Part shown: piece after piece, positions 48,887-58,644 of the stretch
Layout of the letters: every line of letters begins with the position of its first letter
Numbering within the stretch: the first letter of the stretch is position 1
Assembly: GCA_030682385.1 (NCBI GenBank)
Contig: JAUXOG010000075.1
Location: 1,825-65,824, forward strand
Source: Bacteroidota bacterium
GTDB lineage: Bacteria > Bacteroidota > Ignavibacteria > UBA10030 > BY39
Length of the DNA stretch: 64,000 bases
Reading direction: 5' to 3'
The notes under the pieces: model-generated
Seen by the model: the letters and a program-made list of their open reading frames with translations, nothing else
Databases searched by the model: none
What the model was told of the DNA's origin: nothing
Position numbers and translations under genes: made by a program

Positions 48887-49406
48887 TAATTACCTCGCTT
48901 TGAAATAAATTTCTTACTAAAGTCCTATTTGAATGAAATGAATTTTTAATTAAGAACAGATACCAAATAATTTGTAACGGTATTTGTAAAATACATTCCA
49001 AAATTCCACCCATCAGGAACAAATTACTTTGTGGAACTACTGAAATATAAACTAATCCAAATTTATAAGCAAGCAAATTTGATAGCGAAAAACCCATTCC
49101 ACCGCCGATAAACCAAAAAGGAATTCGTGTTAAAAAAGCCTTAAATGAGAAGGGATTTGCAATCATTTGATAGATTGTAGCATACCATAATCTTTCCACA
49201 GCCCAGCCAAAGTAAAATAAACTGCTCGAAATTAAGAATATCCCAAGAATATATTGTAAGTCAATTATTTTCTTAAATAGAAACGAGACAGCCACAACAA
49301 GTAATGCTAAACCTAAACTATAAACAAAATTAATTAATGTTCCCCAGAATGGTTTTTGGAACCGGCTTTGTAATAAATATTTTTCGAGTATTCTGGATTG
49401 TATCAT
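48864..49406 (-). CDS. Hypothetical membrane protein
   Basis: About four hydrophobic segments; co-oriented with neighbours. Confidence 0.6.
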   Translation of the reverse strand: MIQSRILEKYLLQSRFQKPFWGTLINFVYSLGLALLVVAVSFLFKKIIDLQYILGIFLISSSLFYFGWAVERLWYATIYQMIANPFSFKAFLTRIPFWFIGGGMGFSLSNLLAYKFGLVYISVVPQSNLFLMGGILECILQIPLQIIWYLFLIKNSFHSNRTLVRNLFQSEVINEKETIT

Positions 49407-49417
49407 AAATTGTAAAA

Positions 49418-50047
49418 TTATCCTTTTTCAACTGCCAAAATATGGCTAACGTCGCCCGCTCCTTCGCGAACTAAAATTGGAGGTTCGGTTGTGAAATCAA
49501 GAACGGTCGAAGGTCCTGAAATATTAATACCCCCATCCAATATTAAATCAACTTTTTTGCTAAATAATTTTATAATAATTTCTGGATTGTTAATAACCTC
49601 ACCCGTGCCGTCTGTTACGCTGGCACTTAAAATAGGATGACCTAATTCTTTTACAAGCAATTGTGAGACAGCATTATTCGGGACACGAATTCCAACAGTC
49701 TTCCGTTTTGAAATTAAACTTTTCGGCAGTTGTTTTAAACGGCTGGCTGGCAGGATGAATGTAAACGGACCGGGAATTAATTGTTTCATAATTCTATATG
49801 CTTGATTTGATACAAGTGCATATTCGCTGATGTGGCTTAAATCCGAACATACAAAACTGAATGGTTTTGATTTGTTTTGATTTTTTATCTGGTAAATTCT
49901 CTCGATTGCTTTTTTACTGAACACACTACACCCGATTCCATACACTGTATCGGTCGGATATATTATCACCCCATCGTTTTGTAAAATTTCTACCGCACGT
50001 TTGATATGACGCCCCTGTGGTGTTACAGTATGTACTTTCAATTCCAT
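49418..50047 (-). CDS. Sua5/YciO/YrdC family (threonylcarbamoyl-AMP synthase-like)
   Basis: IIYPTDTVYGIGC, PGPFTFIL, TVGIRVP, STVLD, REGAG. Confidence 0.93.
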   Translation of the reverse strand: MELKVHTVTPQGRHIKRAVEILQNDGVIIYPTDTVYGIGCSVFSKKAIERIYQIKNQNKSKPFSFVCSDLSHISEYALVSNQAYRIMKQLIPGPFTFILPASRLKQLPKSLISKRKTVGIRVPNNAVSQLLVKELGHPILSASVTDGTGEVINNPEIIIKLFSKKVDLILDGGINISGPSTVLDFTTEPPILVREGAGDVSHILAVEKG

Positions 50048-50147
50048 ATTATAGTCTCTTCCGGTAATTTATTTTAATGAATTTAATTGTAAAGCACAAG
50101 TATATTTGAATAAAATTAAAAAAATATCTAACTTAAGTAAAAACAAT

Positions 50148-50762
50148 ATGCTAATTACGTTCGAGGGTTTAGATTTTTCGGGTAAAACCACCCAAATCAA
50201 ATTGTTAACCGACAAGTTGCGGCAGCACAGCTACGATGTTATTGTAGTCCGCGAGCCGGGCGGCACACCAATTTCGGAAAAAATCCGGGATATTCTTCTT
50301 GATAAAAAAAACTTGGAAATGACTCAAATTGCGGAGCTTTTGTTGTTTTCGGCAGCCCGAACCCAGCTTGTAAGTCAGATTATTATTCCCGCACTGCAAT
50401 CCGGAAAAATTGTTATTTGCGATAGATATGACGATTCGACAACTGCATATCAGGGTTGCGGCAGAGGGATTCCGTTGGATGCCGTTAAACAAATCAACAA
50501 GTTGGCAACTTTAGGAACGATTCCCGATATTACTTTTTTTATCGATATTCCTTTGAGTGAAGTTGCACACAGGCTGAAAGAGTCGAAAGCTTCTGCCGAC
50601 AGGATGGAATCATCGGGCGATGCTTTTTATGAAAAAGTCAGAAAGGGATTTTTCGACATTGCTAAAAGTGAACCTGAAAGATTTTTAGTAATCGACGGTA
50701 ACCGCAGAATCGATACTGTGGCTGATGAAATTTGGAAGATAGTTAGCTTAAATTTAAGTTAG
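50148..50762 (+). CDS. tmk: Thymidylate kinase
   Basis: ITFEGLDFSGKTTQ, REPGGT, LLFSAAR.Q, CDRY.DST.AYQG.GRG. Confidence 0.96.
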   Translation: MLITFEGLDFSGKTTQIKLLTDKLRQHSYDVIVVREPGGTPISEKIRDILLDKKNLEMTQIAELLLFSAARTQLVSQIIIPALQSGKIVICDRYDDSTTAYQGCGRGIPLDAVKQINKLATLGTIPDITFFIDIPLSEVAHRLKESKASADRMESSGDAFYEKVRKGFFDIAKSEPERFLVIDGNRRIDTVADEIWKIVSLNLS

Positions 50763-50780
50763 TAGAAAAGGATTTTTGTT

Positions 50781-52439
50781 ATGAATAAAATTAAAATAAA
50801 TAAATATTTTGCAGTTATAACTATTGTTTTAATAACTGTCGCATTTGGATTCACGGTTGCCGATTCAGATTATTTTTTTAAGCTCAACAAAAGCATCGAT
50901 ATTTTTGGAAGAGTGTTCAAAGAAGTTTCGTTGAATTATGTGGATGAAATTGACCCTGAAGTTTTCGTTAATTCAGGAGTTGAGGGAATGCTGAAGACAC
51001 TCGACCCATACACGAATTTCATACCCAGCACCGAGGCAAGCGATGTTGAACTTATTACCACAGGAAAATATGGAGGTATTGGAATCTCAATAAGTATGCG
51101 CGATGGATCGATAATCATTACATCGCTGATGGAAGGTTACACTGCACAGCGGCAGGGACTTCGCATTGGGGATCAAATTATTGATGTAGATGGAAAATCG
51201 ATGGTAGGAATTAAACCCGAAAATGTGCGGCACTTAACGCGAGGCGAACCGGGCACCGAAGTAAAACTTAAAGTAACACGCGAAGGTGAAGCCAAAGCAC
51301 TTGAATTTGTTTTGATAAGGGAAGAAATACGCCTAAAAAATATTTCCTATTCGGGTTTTGTAAAAGATAGTATTGCAATAATTTGTTTGGATAGGTTTAC
51401 GCGGACAGCAGGAGATGAGTTACGACTTGCAATTAAAGAGTTGAAATTAAAAGGAGAATTAAAAGGATTAATTATCGACCTCAGAGATAATCCCGGAGGA
51501 TTGTTGGAAGCTGCCGTTGAAATTGTTTCGAAATTTATTCCAAAGAACAGCTTGGTGGTTATTACAAAAGGACGGCGTGCGGAGTCGGAAGTAAAATTCT
51601 ATTCAACCGAAGAACCGATGCTGCCCGATGTACCATTAGTTGTATTAGTTAATAACAACAGCGCCAGTGCAAGCGAAATTGTTGCGGGCGCTCTTCAAGA
51701 TTTAGACAGAGCTGTAATTATCGGCACTACTACATTCGGAAAAGGTTTAGTGCAAAATATCTTTCCGCTCCCTTACAACACTCAATTGAAAATGACTACT
51801 GCAAAGTATTATACACCAAGCGGCAGATGTATTCAGGAACGAGATTATATACATAAAAGTAAAGAAGGATTATTTACAGTTACACCCGATAGCCTGCGAA
51901 AAAACTTTTTTACAAAAAACAGAAGGAATGTTCAGGATTTGGGTGGAGTTCATCCGGATACAACCGTTTTAGATTCTCAACCGAGTGGTATTTATAACGA
52001 ACTAATGAGGAAAGCGATGTTCTTCAAATTCGCAACACATTATGTTTCAACACATAAAGAGCCACCGACCAATTTTTCGGTGAACGGAGAATTGTGCCGT
52101 GAGTTCATAAAATATCTTGAAGAAAACAAGTTTGTATTCGAGGATGAAGCAGAAACGAAAATTGAAGACCTGAAAAAGTATGCAGAAAAAAACAAATACA
52201 GTGAAGAACTTATAAAAGAAATAACAGCTCTGAAAACAAAATTCACCCTACTAAAAAGCAACTCTGTGGAAGCAAATCGAAACGAAATTGTTAAAGCTTT
52301 GAGGATAGAAATAATGAGCCGCTACAAAGGCGAACAAGGAAAATTTGAAGCGTCGTTTGTTGATGATAATCAGATTTTAGTTGCAATTGAAACTCTAAAA
52401 AATATGAAACTGTACAAGAAAATCTTGAACATCGAATAA
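50781..52439 (+). CDS. ctpA: S41 family C-terminal processing protease (PDZ)
   Basis: LDPYT, GIGI (PDZ), IDLRDNPGGLL, SASASEIVAGALQD, TFGKGLVQ, YYTPSGR.IQ. Confidence 0.93.
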   Translation: MNKIKINKYFAVITIVLITVAFGFTVADSDYFFKLNKSIDIFGRVFKEVSLNYVDEIDPEVFVNSGVEGMLKTLDPYTNFIPSTEASDVELITTGKYGGIGISISMRDGSIIITSLMEGYTAQRQGLRIGDQIIDVDGKSMVGIKPENVRHLTRGEPGTEVKLKVTREGEAKALEFVLIREEIRLKNISYSGFVKDSIAIICLDRFTRTAGDELRLAIKELKLKGELKGLIIDLRDNPGGLLEAAVEIVSKFIPKNSLVVITKGRRAESEVKFYSTEEPMLPDVPLVVLVNNNSASASEIVAGALQDLDRAVIIGTTTFGKGLVQNIFPLPYNTQLKMTTAKYYTPSGRCIQERDYIHKSKEGLFTVTPDSLRKNFFTKNRRNVQDLGGVHPDTTVLDSQPSGIYNELMRKAMFFKFATHYVSTHKEPPTNFSVNGELCREFIKYLEENKFVFEDEAETKIEDLKKYAEKNKYSEELIKEITALKTKFTLLKSNSVEANRNEIVKALRIEIMSRYKGEQGKFEASFVDDNQILVAIETLKNMKLYKKILNIE

Positions 52440-53243
52440 ATGGATTTCTTATCTATCATAATTTTATTATTTATTGGATGTATAATCGGATTTTTAGCCG
52501 GATTCTTTGGCGTAGGCGGCGGCGTGATATTAGTGCCGGTGCTTCTATTTTTTTTCGCAACTCAAACCATAGATGCAAGGATAATAACCCATCTTGCAAT
52601 GGGAACGAGTTTATTTATTGTAATATTTGCTTCCTTCGCATCTGCTTTCAAACATCAAAAACAAGGGAATGTTTTTTGGAAAGGTGTTCTGTTTATAGGA
52701 GTTTCGAGTATAATAACGGCGGCAATCGGGACTACAGTTGCTGCTGCAATTAGCGGTGAAGTATTACAAAAATTTTTCGCAATTGCCGTTCTCACGGTCA
52801 GCTTGCGTTTGTTTTTCGAGAAAACTAAAACTGAAGCAACCGGAGATTTTAATCCGAGCAAAATTAGACTCGTGATAATCGGTATTACAGTCGGCTTTTT
52901 ATCGGCATTGACCGGAATCGGCGGAGGTGTGTTCTCCATTCCGCTGATGTATTTTCTTGCAAACTTTCCTATCAAACGGGCAATCGGAACATCTTCAGCG
53001 ACTGTAATTATTACGGCATCAACGGCAGTTATCGGGTATGCTTTGAATGGCTACGGAAACGTTCACCTGCCTGCATACACAATCGGCTTTGTAGATTACC
53101 TGCATGCAATACCTTTAATTATCGGTACTGTTATAGTAGGTCCGTTTGGTGCTGCCGCAGCAAACAAAACCTCTTCGTTGATGCTTCGGAAATTGTTTGC
53201 TGCATACTTATTTGTAAATTCAATTTTTATGTTTATTAAATAA
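52440..53243 (+). CDS. Sulfite exporter TauE/SafE family protein
   Basis: Duplicated GFFGVGGGVI.VP / LTGIGGGVF.IP and AMGTSL / AIGTSS motifs. Confidence 0.92.
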   Translation: MDFLSIIILLFIGCIIGFLAGFFGVGGGVILVPVLLFFFATQTIDARIITHLAMGTSLFIVIFASFASAFKHQKQGNVFWKGVLFIGVSSIITAAIGTTVAAAISGEVLQKFFAIAVLTVSLRLFFEKTKTEATGDFNPSKIRLVIIGITVGFLSALTGIGGGVFSIPLMYFLANFPIKRAIGTSSATVIITASTAVIGYALNGYGNVHLPAYTIGFVDYLHAIPLIIGTVIVGPFGAAAANKTSSLMLRKLFAAYLFVNSIFMFIK

Positions 53244-53247
53244 AAGG

Positions 53248-53514
53248 GTGGATATGAATTTTAACGGAATTATTGTCGCTGTTGCAACCGGTATTTTAAT
53301 TTGGTTCGGACATATTTGGGTTGTAAAACTTTTCAAATGGTCGGGAACAAAATTGTGGTTTGTTCCTTTGATAGCAGGTTTTATTTTTATGACAGCTTCG
53401 TTGAATTTGGAGAACGATACGCTCTCGGCTGTTTTCGCAATTGGAGCTGTAACTTTTTTCTGGGGAATTAAAGAGTTATTCGAGTATAAACAAAAATATA
53501 ATCAACAAATTTAA
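53248..53514 (+). CDS. Small membrane protein (DUF4491-like)
   Basis: NFNGII...GH.WVVK...G..LW...WGIKELFE. Confidence 0.65.
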   Translation: MDMNFNGIIVAVATGILIWFGHIWVVKLFKWSGTKLWFVPLIAGFIFMTASLNLENDTLSAVFAIGAVTFFWGIKELFEYKQKYNQQI

Positions 53515-53525
53515 AAGGATTAAAA

Positions 53526-53708
53526 ATGGCAAAAGAAACAAACGAATTATTTTCCGCCGGTAATTTAGCAAAGCTTTTACAGGTATCACCAGCCGTACTT
53601 AAAAAAGCAATAGAAGCGAGCAAAGTAAAACCCGATTCAACGAAAGGTGTGTGCTCGTACTATTCTGCAAACACGGCTGAAAAAATTAAAAAACATTTGA
53701 AGAAGTAA
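53526..53708 (+). CDS. Small basic hypothetical protein (possible HTH-like)
   Basis: 60 aa; AAGGA RBS upstream; SAGNLAKLLQVSPAVLKKAI. Confidence 0.6.
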   Translation: MAKETNELFSAGNLAKLLQVSPAVLKKAIEASKVKPDSTKGVCSYYSANTAEKIKKHLKK

Positions 53709-53723
53709 AATATAATATTGGAT

Positions 53724-53834
53724 TTAGTGTGAATTAGTGTAACCTGCCCGACGGCAGGCGGGTTCGTGGCAAAAATTCAAGCCACTAATCCGTCTCCGTC
53801 AACTGACGGATGACGGACACGAATACACACGAAT
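53724..53834. repeat. ATTAGTG/ATTCGTG-type repeat carrying the 20-bp palindrome (53743-53762) and a nested TCCGTC...TGACGGA palindrome (53789-53817)
   Basis: attagtgtaa[cctgcccgacggcaggcggg]ttcgtggc...gccactaa-tccgtc-tccgtcaactgacgga-tgacgga-cacgaatacacacgaat. Confidence 0.85.
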
Positions 53835-54005
53835 ATAATGGGACACCTGATATAAACGTATAAGATTTAGTTGAGTATTAGAGGCTTCTGAAACGGTTAC
53901 ACGGGAAAAAGATTTTGGGTTACTAATAAAAAGAAAATGATTTAAACTGTTTCAGTGTCCGAATTTGCTTTATAATAATATTTCAGGGAACGAAAACAGG
54001 AAGAC

Positions 54006-54260
54006 ATTTAACAGCGTGGTTTTTAAGCCGCCGCCCATAACAAGGAAACCGAGTAAAACACAACTGCCAATAATTAAGCCGAAGGTGCGTAACTTTCTCC
54101 GTACGCACCGAAGGCATGTTAATTAATTAGCCCGCCGCGGCGGAGAACACTTAGAACAACAAACTATAACAAAAACACAATTTCAAGAATCCAAAATCCG
54201 CCAAACTAAAATGGTAGCTTGTCCGCCACTGGCGGATTCGGGTTGAGGCGCTGATTAGCA
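54006..54260 (-). other. Long degenerate attC-like site containing two short palindromic inserts (54131-54144, 54222-54236)
   Basis: On the minus strand, just after the stop of 54267-55070: TGCTAATCAGCGCCTCAACCCGAA ... GCGGCTTAAAAACCACGCTGTTAAAT (GTTRRRY end; CAGCG/CGCTG pairing). Confidence 0.5.
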
Positions 54261-54266
54261 AACGAT

Positions 54267-55070
54267 TTAAAAGATTAATGAAAAAGGCAAACTATCTTTT
54301 TGCTCATTATATTTTGTTTTGATTTCCTCAATAACTATTGGATTCTTAGAAAGTAAGGCCCAAATTGCTCCTTGAATTCGATTTAACTTAACATCTTCTT
54401 GACTTGACAATTTCATATTAATTACAAAATTAGCTTCCTTTTTATATTCTTCAATCAACGCTTGATTATCAGATTGAGCTGAACCCACTACAACTGAAAA
54501 TGCAAAAGCTTCTTCCAAAAAGTTCCTTTCACCCTCATAATCTTTAAATGATAATGCTGCAACACAGAGTTTCATTGATATGCTCTTGCCTTCAATCAAC
54601 TTATTAGGATAGAAAAACCGAGCCGTGATTGAAGCAATCTTGTTTATGCTTACGTCATATTTGGTTTTATAATTATATCCAGCCACAGGATTACCTTGCG
54701 CAGATAAATAGTAGCATATTAAATCTGTAAATGAATTTGTAAAAGCAGTATCCTTGTCGATAGAATTATAGAAATACTTAATTAGTTCTTCTTTATTATC
54801 AACTAATATCTTAAAAGAATCCGATTTTATTTCTAACTGGTTTTGTAAGAGATAATCTAAAGCTACTCTGTTTTGTTGGACAAAATTGTGTAAAAAATGA
54901 GATGAATCTACAGTATCAACTGCCATTACAGAATACTTCTTATCGCCGTACTCCATAACATTGACTTTAAATATATTTTTTGAAAAGTCTTTTATATCTT
55001 GCATATTTTCATTTTGTGCAAAAAGACTAAAAGATAAAACGAGTAGAGAGACACAAATTATTTTTTTCAT
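54267..55070 (-). CDS. Hypothetical secreted protein
   Basis: Signal peptide; AT-rich; no recognised motif. Confidence 0.65.
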   Translation of the reverse strand: MKKIICVSLLVLSFSLFAQNENMQDIKDFSKNIFKVNVMEYGDKKYSVMAVDTVDSSHFLHNFVQQNRVALDYLLQNQLEIKSDSFKILVDNKEELIKYFYNSIDKDTAFTNSFTDLICYYLSAQGNPVAGYNYKTKYDVSINKIASITARFFYPNKLIEGKSISMKLCVAALSFKDYEGERNFLEEAFAFSVVVGSAQSDNQALIEEYKKEANFVINMKLSSQEDVKLNRIQGAIWALLSKNPIVIEEIKTKYNEQKDSLPFSLIF

Positions 55071-55107
55071 ACACTTACCTCTAATAAGTTTGATAACTAT
55101 TATTCAT

Positions 55108-55122
55108 TCCGCTAAAGGCGGA
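55108..55122. repeat. 15-bp palindrome TCCGCTAAAGGCGGA
   Basis: GC-rich TCCGC/GCGGA arms in an AT-rich spacer; same class as TCCGCCACTGGCGGA at 54222-54236. Confidence 0.7.
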
Positions 55123-55304
55123 TAAAACTCCACCGTTTAGTTAATTAAAGAATACATATATCCACGGTGCTGCATACATGAATCCAAATTGTTTCGTTTT
55201 CCACTTATAAACACAATATTTAAAAATAGGGTCTACATGATATCATTCCATTCTCTTTTGGTACTTCTTCCTTTTTAAAGTAATTAGGAAATAAGAATAT
55301 TGCA

Positions 55305-56135
55305 TTAGTTCAGTTCTTCAAAAATTATTTTAAAATCATCTGGTATTTTATCAAAATATATCCAACTTCTGAATGAAACATGTATTGCTGGACAACGAGT
55401 ATTTTTATCTTCAATTCTTTTGTATTTATAGATGAATGTTTTGTTCCTAGAATCTTTATATAACCATTTGTTAAATCCTTTCAGGCATCCATTTCCATTT
55501 ATTTCTTTCCCTATGATGGAATATTTATTAAAATCAAAATATTCCATACTACACGTTCTTCCGTTATATTCATCATAAATTGCTCTGGAAGCACATAGGC
55601 TCACAACATTTCCACTAGGTGGAGGAATAATGAATGTTACTGCTCCATTTATACTATCTATTTCGAAAACAGTTTGATACGGAATTCTACTTTCTAAACG
55701 ACCAGTACTATCAAAAATCAGAATCTCATTATTAATAATATAAAATGGTGTTGAATTTAATTTATAATTTCGGCCATTATAAGTGACATATAAAGGTTTC
55801 CCACTAACATAGATTATTAAATCCCCAACTCCAATTTTTCCATCATCATCTGCATCAAGGGCTTGATACGACAATTGGAATTTATTTTGTTCACCATTAG
55901 CCGTAAAACGTTCGTATTTACCTTGGGGGGCATATTTTATTCTTAAACTGTTATAATCGTTTATATTTCTTAAGCAAAATTCAAATGAATAACAATTTAA
56001 GCAAGGAGGAATCGAATCGGATGATAATTCGCTAAATTGAATGGGCACCAGAATGGGTTCATCTATATCATGAACATTGCAAGAACCGATAAATAAAAAC
56101 AATAAACATATTAAAACATATTGGAAATATTTCAT
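55305..56135 (-). CDS. Hypothetical lipoprotein
   Basis: Lipobox IGSC; AT-rich; several cysteines. Confidence 0.65.
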   Translation of the reverse strand: MKYFQYVLICLLFLFIGSCNVHDIDEPILVPIQFSELSSDSIPPCLNCYSFEFCLRNINDYNSLRIKYAPQGKYERFTANGEQNKFQLSYQALDADDDGKIGVGDLIIYVSGKPLYVTYNGRNYKLNSTPFYIINNEILIFDSTGRLESRIPYQTVFEIDSINGAVTFIIPPPSGNVVSLCASRAIYDEYNGRTCSMEYFDFNKYSIIGKEINGNGCLKGFNKWLYKDSRNKTFIYKYKRIEDKNTRCPAIHVSFRSWIYFDKIPDDFKIIFEELN

Positions 56136-56208
56136 AGATCACCTTAATATTTTTTAGTTTATATTCACCAATGCTGCAACGTATATGCGGGCGGGGTTAA
56201 GCCGCTGG

Positions 56209-56595
56209 TTACGTTACTAAACTTTTTACTTCTTTTATTACTCTTTCAGCTAACGAAATAGAATTTTTACAAATATTTTTATCGGGATAAAAGAATGGAA
56301 GTGCACTGCCAAGAGGATATTTTGTAGGCAGGTAAATACTATCTAAGAAATCACATTCATCTTCTGTTAATTCTATTGCAATACCATTCTTTTCTAATAC
56401 CGTTTTCAATTCCATTATATTATGAGTTTTCATAAATGGAATTATATTTTCAATAAATAAAGACTTTAATGCTTTCTCTATAGATTGTTGAATATTGTGA
56501 AGGCAAGGATTATATAGTTCACTTTCAAGAAGGACTTTTACTGCTTCAAGATTCTCTTCAGAATAAGTGAGCCAACTTTTAGTTTCCTCTTGCAT
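56209..56595 (-). CDS. HEPN domain protein
   Basis: WL.YSEENLEA...QQSIEKALKSL...KTHNI...YLPTKYP. Confidence 0.88.
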   Translation of the reverse strand: MQEETKSWLTYSEENLEAVKVLLESELYNPCLHNIQQSIEKALKSLFIENIIPFMKTHNIMELKTVLEKNGIAIELTEDECDFLDSIYLPTKYPLGSALPFFYPDKNICKNSISLAERVIKEVKSLVT

Positions 56596-56878
56596 AAATC
56601 ACTTCCCCAGATGCAACTTCACTTAAGAAAAAACTATTTTCATTTTTTCCTACGATTGGAAAAATATCAACAGCTATTTCTTTTGAAATATTTCTTATAA
56701 GTTTTCGATACTTTAATGCAAGGGTCAGATAATTATCTGAACTATTTTGAATCACTGCAATATCTATATCGTTTGGTGAATCACTGTTATTGAACGAACC
56801 AAATATTATAATTCTCTCGATTTCTTCTTGTCCTTTTAGCGAATCAACTATTTTATTTTTGAATTCAATCTTATTCAT
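56579..56878 (-). CDS. Minimal nucleotidyltransferase (MNT) of an MNT-HEPN toxin-antitoxin pair
   Basis: IIIFGSF...NDIDIAVI...VDIF...GEVIY; overlaps the HEPN start. Confidence 0.88.
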   Translation of the reverse strand: MNKIEFKNKIVDSLKGQEEIERIIIFGSFNNSDSPNDIDIAVIQNSSDNYLTLALKYRKLIRNISKEIAVDIFPIVGKNENSFFLSEVASGEVIYARGN

Positions 56879-57046
56879 AGTGTTTTTCTTTGCTTTCATT
56901 CTATGTCTAAACATTTTACGATTTAAGAACTCTTATATTCTGAGGATTTACCACCCTCAAAATTATAATATGCAGCTTTTTGTCTCCTGCTGCATTAACA
57001 AACTATCGTTTAAAATATAAAATTAAATAATTTGAAATTCAACCAC

Positions 57047-57763
57047 CTATTTATTACACATTGCAAAAACTCGCACCGGACTTCCCGAACCACCTTCCAA
57101 TTTTAACGGAGCAACAATCAATGTAGCTCCGAGTGGGGGAAGTTTTCCGATGTCGGCTAAATTCTCAAGTGCATATTTGTTCGCTTCAAACAAAATTTTG
57201 TGAACAGGGAAGTCGGTGGAAAATCCGCAATCAATACTTAACGTTTCCACACCGATACCGTTTATGTTTCGTTCGTCAATTAAAAACTTAACTGCCTCTT
57301 CTGAAAAACCGGGAAAGTGCATCACTCCTTTTTCATCCTGATTCAAGTAAAGTTTTGGTTCATTCCAATAGTTACTCCAACCTGAATGCATCAAAACTAC
57401 AGAATTATTTTGTATCAAGCCAAACCTTTTTTCCCACTCTAAAATATCATTTACTGTTAAAGCATAGTCGGGGTTGTTCATCACTTTTTCCTGAACGCTG
57501 ATAACAACTGCCGGTATAATTAGATTGTCGAGAGGAATTTGATCAATTGTTAACTTGCCTTCCCAACCGTGCGCGGGTGCATCGATGTGTGTTCCGAAAT
57601 GTTCAGGTATGTTAAGCAACCGCGAATAGAAACCGTCCGTTTTGTAATTAGTTATAGTAACAGTTGAGTATTTTTCTGAAAATGAGCCTGAGGGCCAAAC
57701 CGGAATATTCAAACCGATTGTGTGGGTGAGGTCGATTATGTTTTGTTTGTATTTAATAGTCAT
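57047..57763 (-). CDS. Cyclase family (kynurenine formamidase-like) metal-dependent hydrolase
   Basis: IIDLTH, EHFGTHIDAPAH, HFPGFS, GIGVETLSID, LENL, GSGSPVR. Confidence 0.92.
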   Translation of the reverse strand: MTIKYKQNIIDLTHTIGLNIPVWPSGSFSEKYSTVTITNYKTDGFYSRLLNIPEHFGTHIDAPAHGWEGKLTIDQIPLDNLIIPAVVISVQEKVMNNPDYALTVNDILEWEKRFGLIQNNSVVLMHSGWSNYWNEPKLYLNQDEKGVMHFPGFSEEAVKFLIDERNINGIGVETLSIDCGFSTDFPVHKILFEANKYALENLADIGKLPPLGATLIVAPLKLEGGSGSPVRVFAMCNK

Positions 57764-58640
57764 CAGTTTGTTCAGCGACTTTGAACGTGTTGGACAGAAG
57801 CATCGCAATCGTCATCGGTCCGATGCCGCCTGGTACGGGCGAAATTGCACTTGCAACTTTCGAAACCGAATCAAAATGAACATCGCCAACAATACGATAA
57901 CCATTCTTTGCAGCCGGGTCATCAACTCGGTTAATACCCACATCAATTACAACTACACCGGGTTTAACCATATCGGCAGTAATAATTTCCGGTTTTCCGA
58001 TTGCCGCAATGAGAATGTCGGCTTGTTTTGTATAATAGGAAATATCTTTTGTTCCTGTATGTGCAATTGTTACAACAGCATTTGCACCGGCTTGTTTTTG
58101 CAGAAGCATATTTGCAACAGGTTTTCCAACGATATTGCTCCTGCCAACAACAACAACATGTTTTCCCGAAGTTTCTATTCCGTACCGTATCAATAGTTCC
58201 TGTATCCCTGCCGGTGTGCACGGACGCAGGGAATCCTGTCCGATTAGTAATTTGCCAACATTGATTGGGTGGAAGCCGTCAACATCTTTTTTATAATCAA
58301 TCGCTTCAATGATTTTATTTTCATCAATATGTTTCGGCAGGGGAAGCTGAACTAAAATGCCATGGATAGTTTTTTCGATATTGAATCTGTTTATGAGTTC
58401 GAGTAAAAATTCTTCGGAGGTTTCGGCGGGAAGTTTTTCTGTGATGGAATAAAATCCAACCTCGTCGCAAGCTTTGTTTTTCATTTTCACATAGCTTTGC
58501 GATGCGGGATTATCGCCGACTAAAATAAAAGCTAAACCGGGAGTAATTCCTTTTTGTGTTTTCAGGTGAAGTGTTTTGTTCTTTATTTCCGATTTTATTT
58601 CTTCGGAAATTTTCTTTCCGTCTAAAATTTGAGCTGACAT
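57753..58640 (-). CDS. folD: Bifunctional methylenetetrahydrofolate dehydrogenase/cyclohydrolase
   Basis: ILDGK, SQSYVKMK, GILVQLPLP, KDVDGFHP, PCTP.GI, GRSNIVGKP, IDVGINR, PVPGGIGPMT. Confidence 0.97.
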   Translation of the reverse strand: MSAQILDGKKISEEIKSEIKNKTLHLKTQKGITPGLAFILVGDNPASQSYVKMKNKACDEVGFYSITEKLPAETSEEFLLELINRFNIEKTIHGILVQLPLPKHIDENKIIEAIDYKKDVDGFHPINVGKLLIGQDSLRPCTPAGIQELLIRYGIETSGKHVVVVGRSNIVGKPVANMLLQKQAGANAVVTIAHTGTKDISYYTKQADILIAAIGKPEIITADMVKPGVVVIDVGINRVDDPAAKNGYRIVGDVHFDSVSKVASAISPVPGGIGPMTIAMLLSNTFKVAEQTDDY

Positions 58641-58644
58641 TTTA

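Noticed and set aside
55130-55300. Possible gene remnant between the two orphan genes
   Set aside because: All minus-strand frames contain stops and no family is recognisable.
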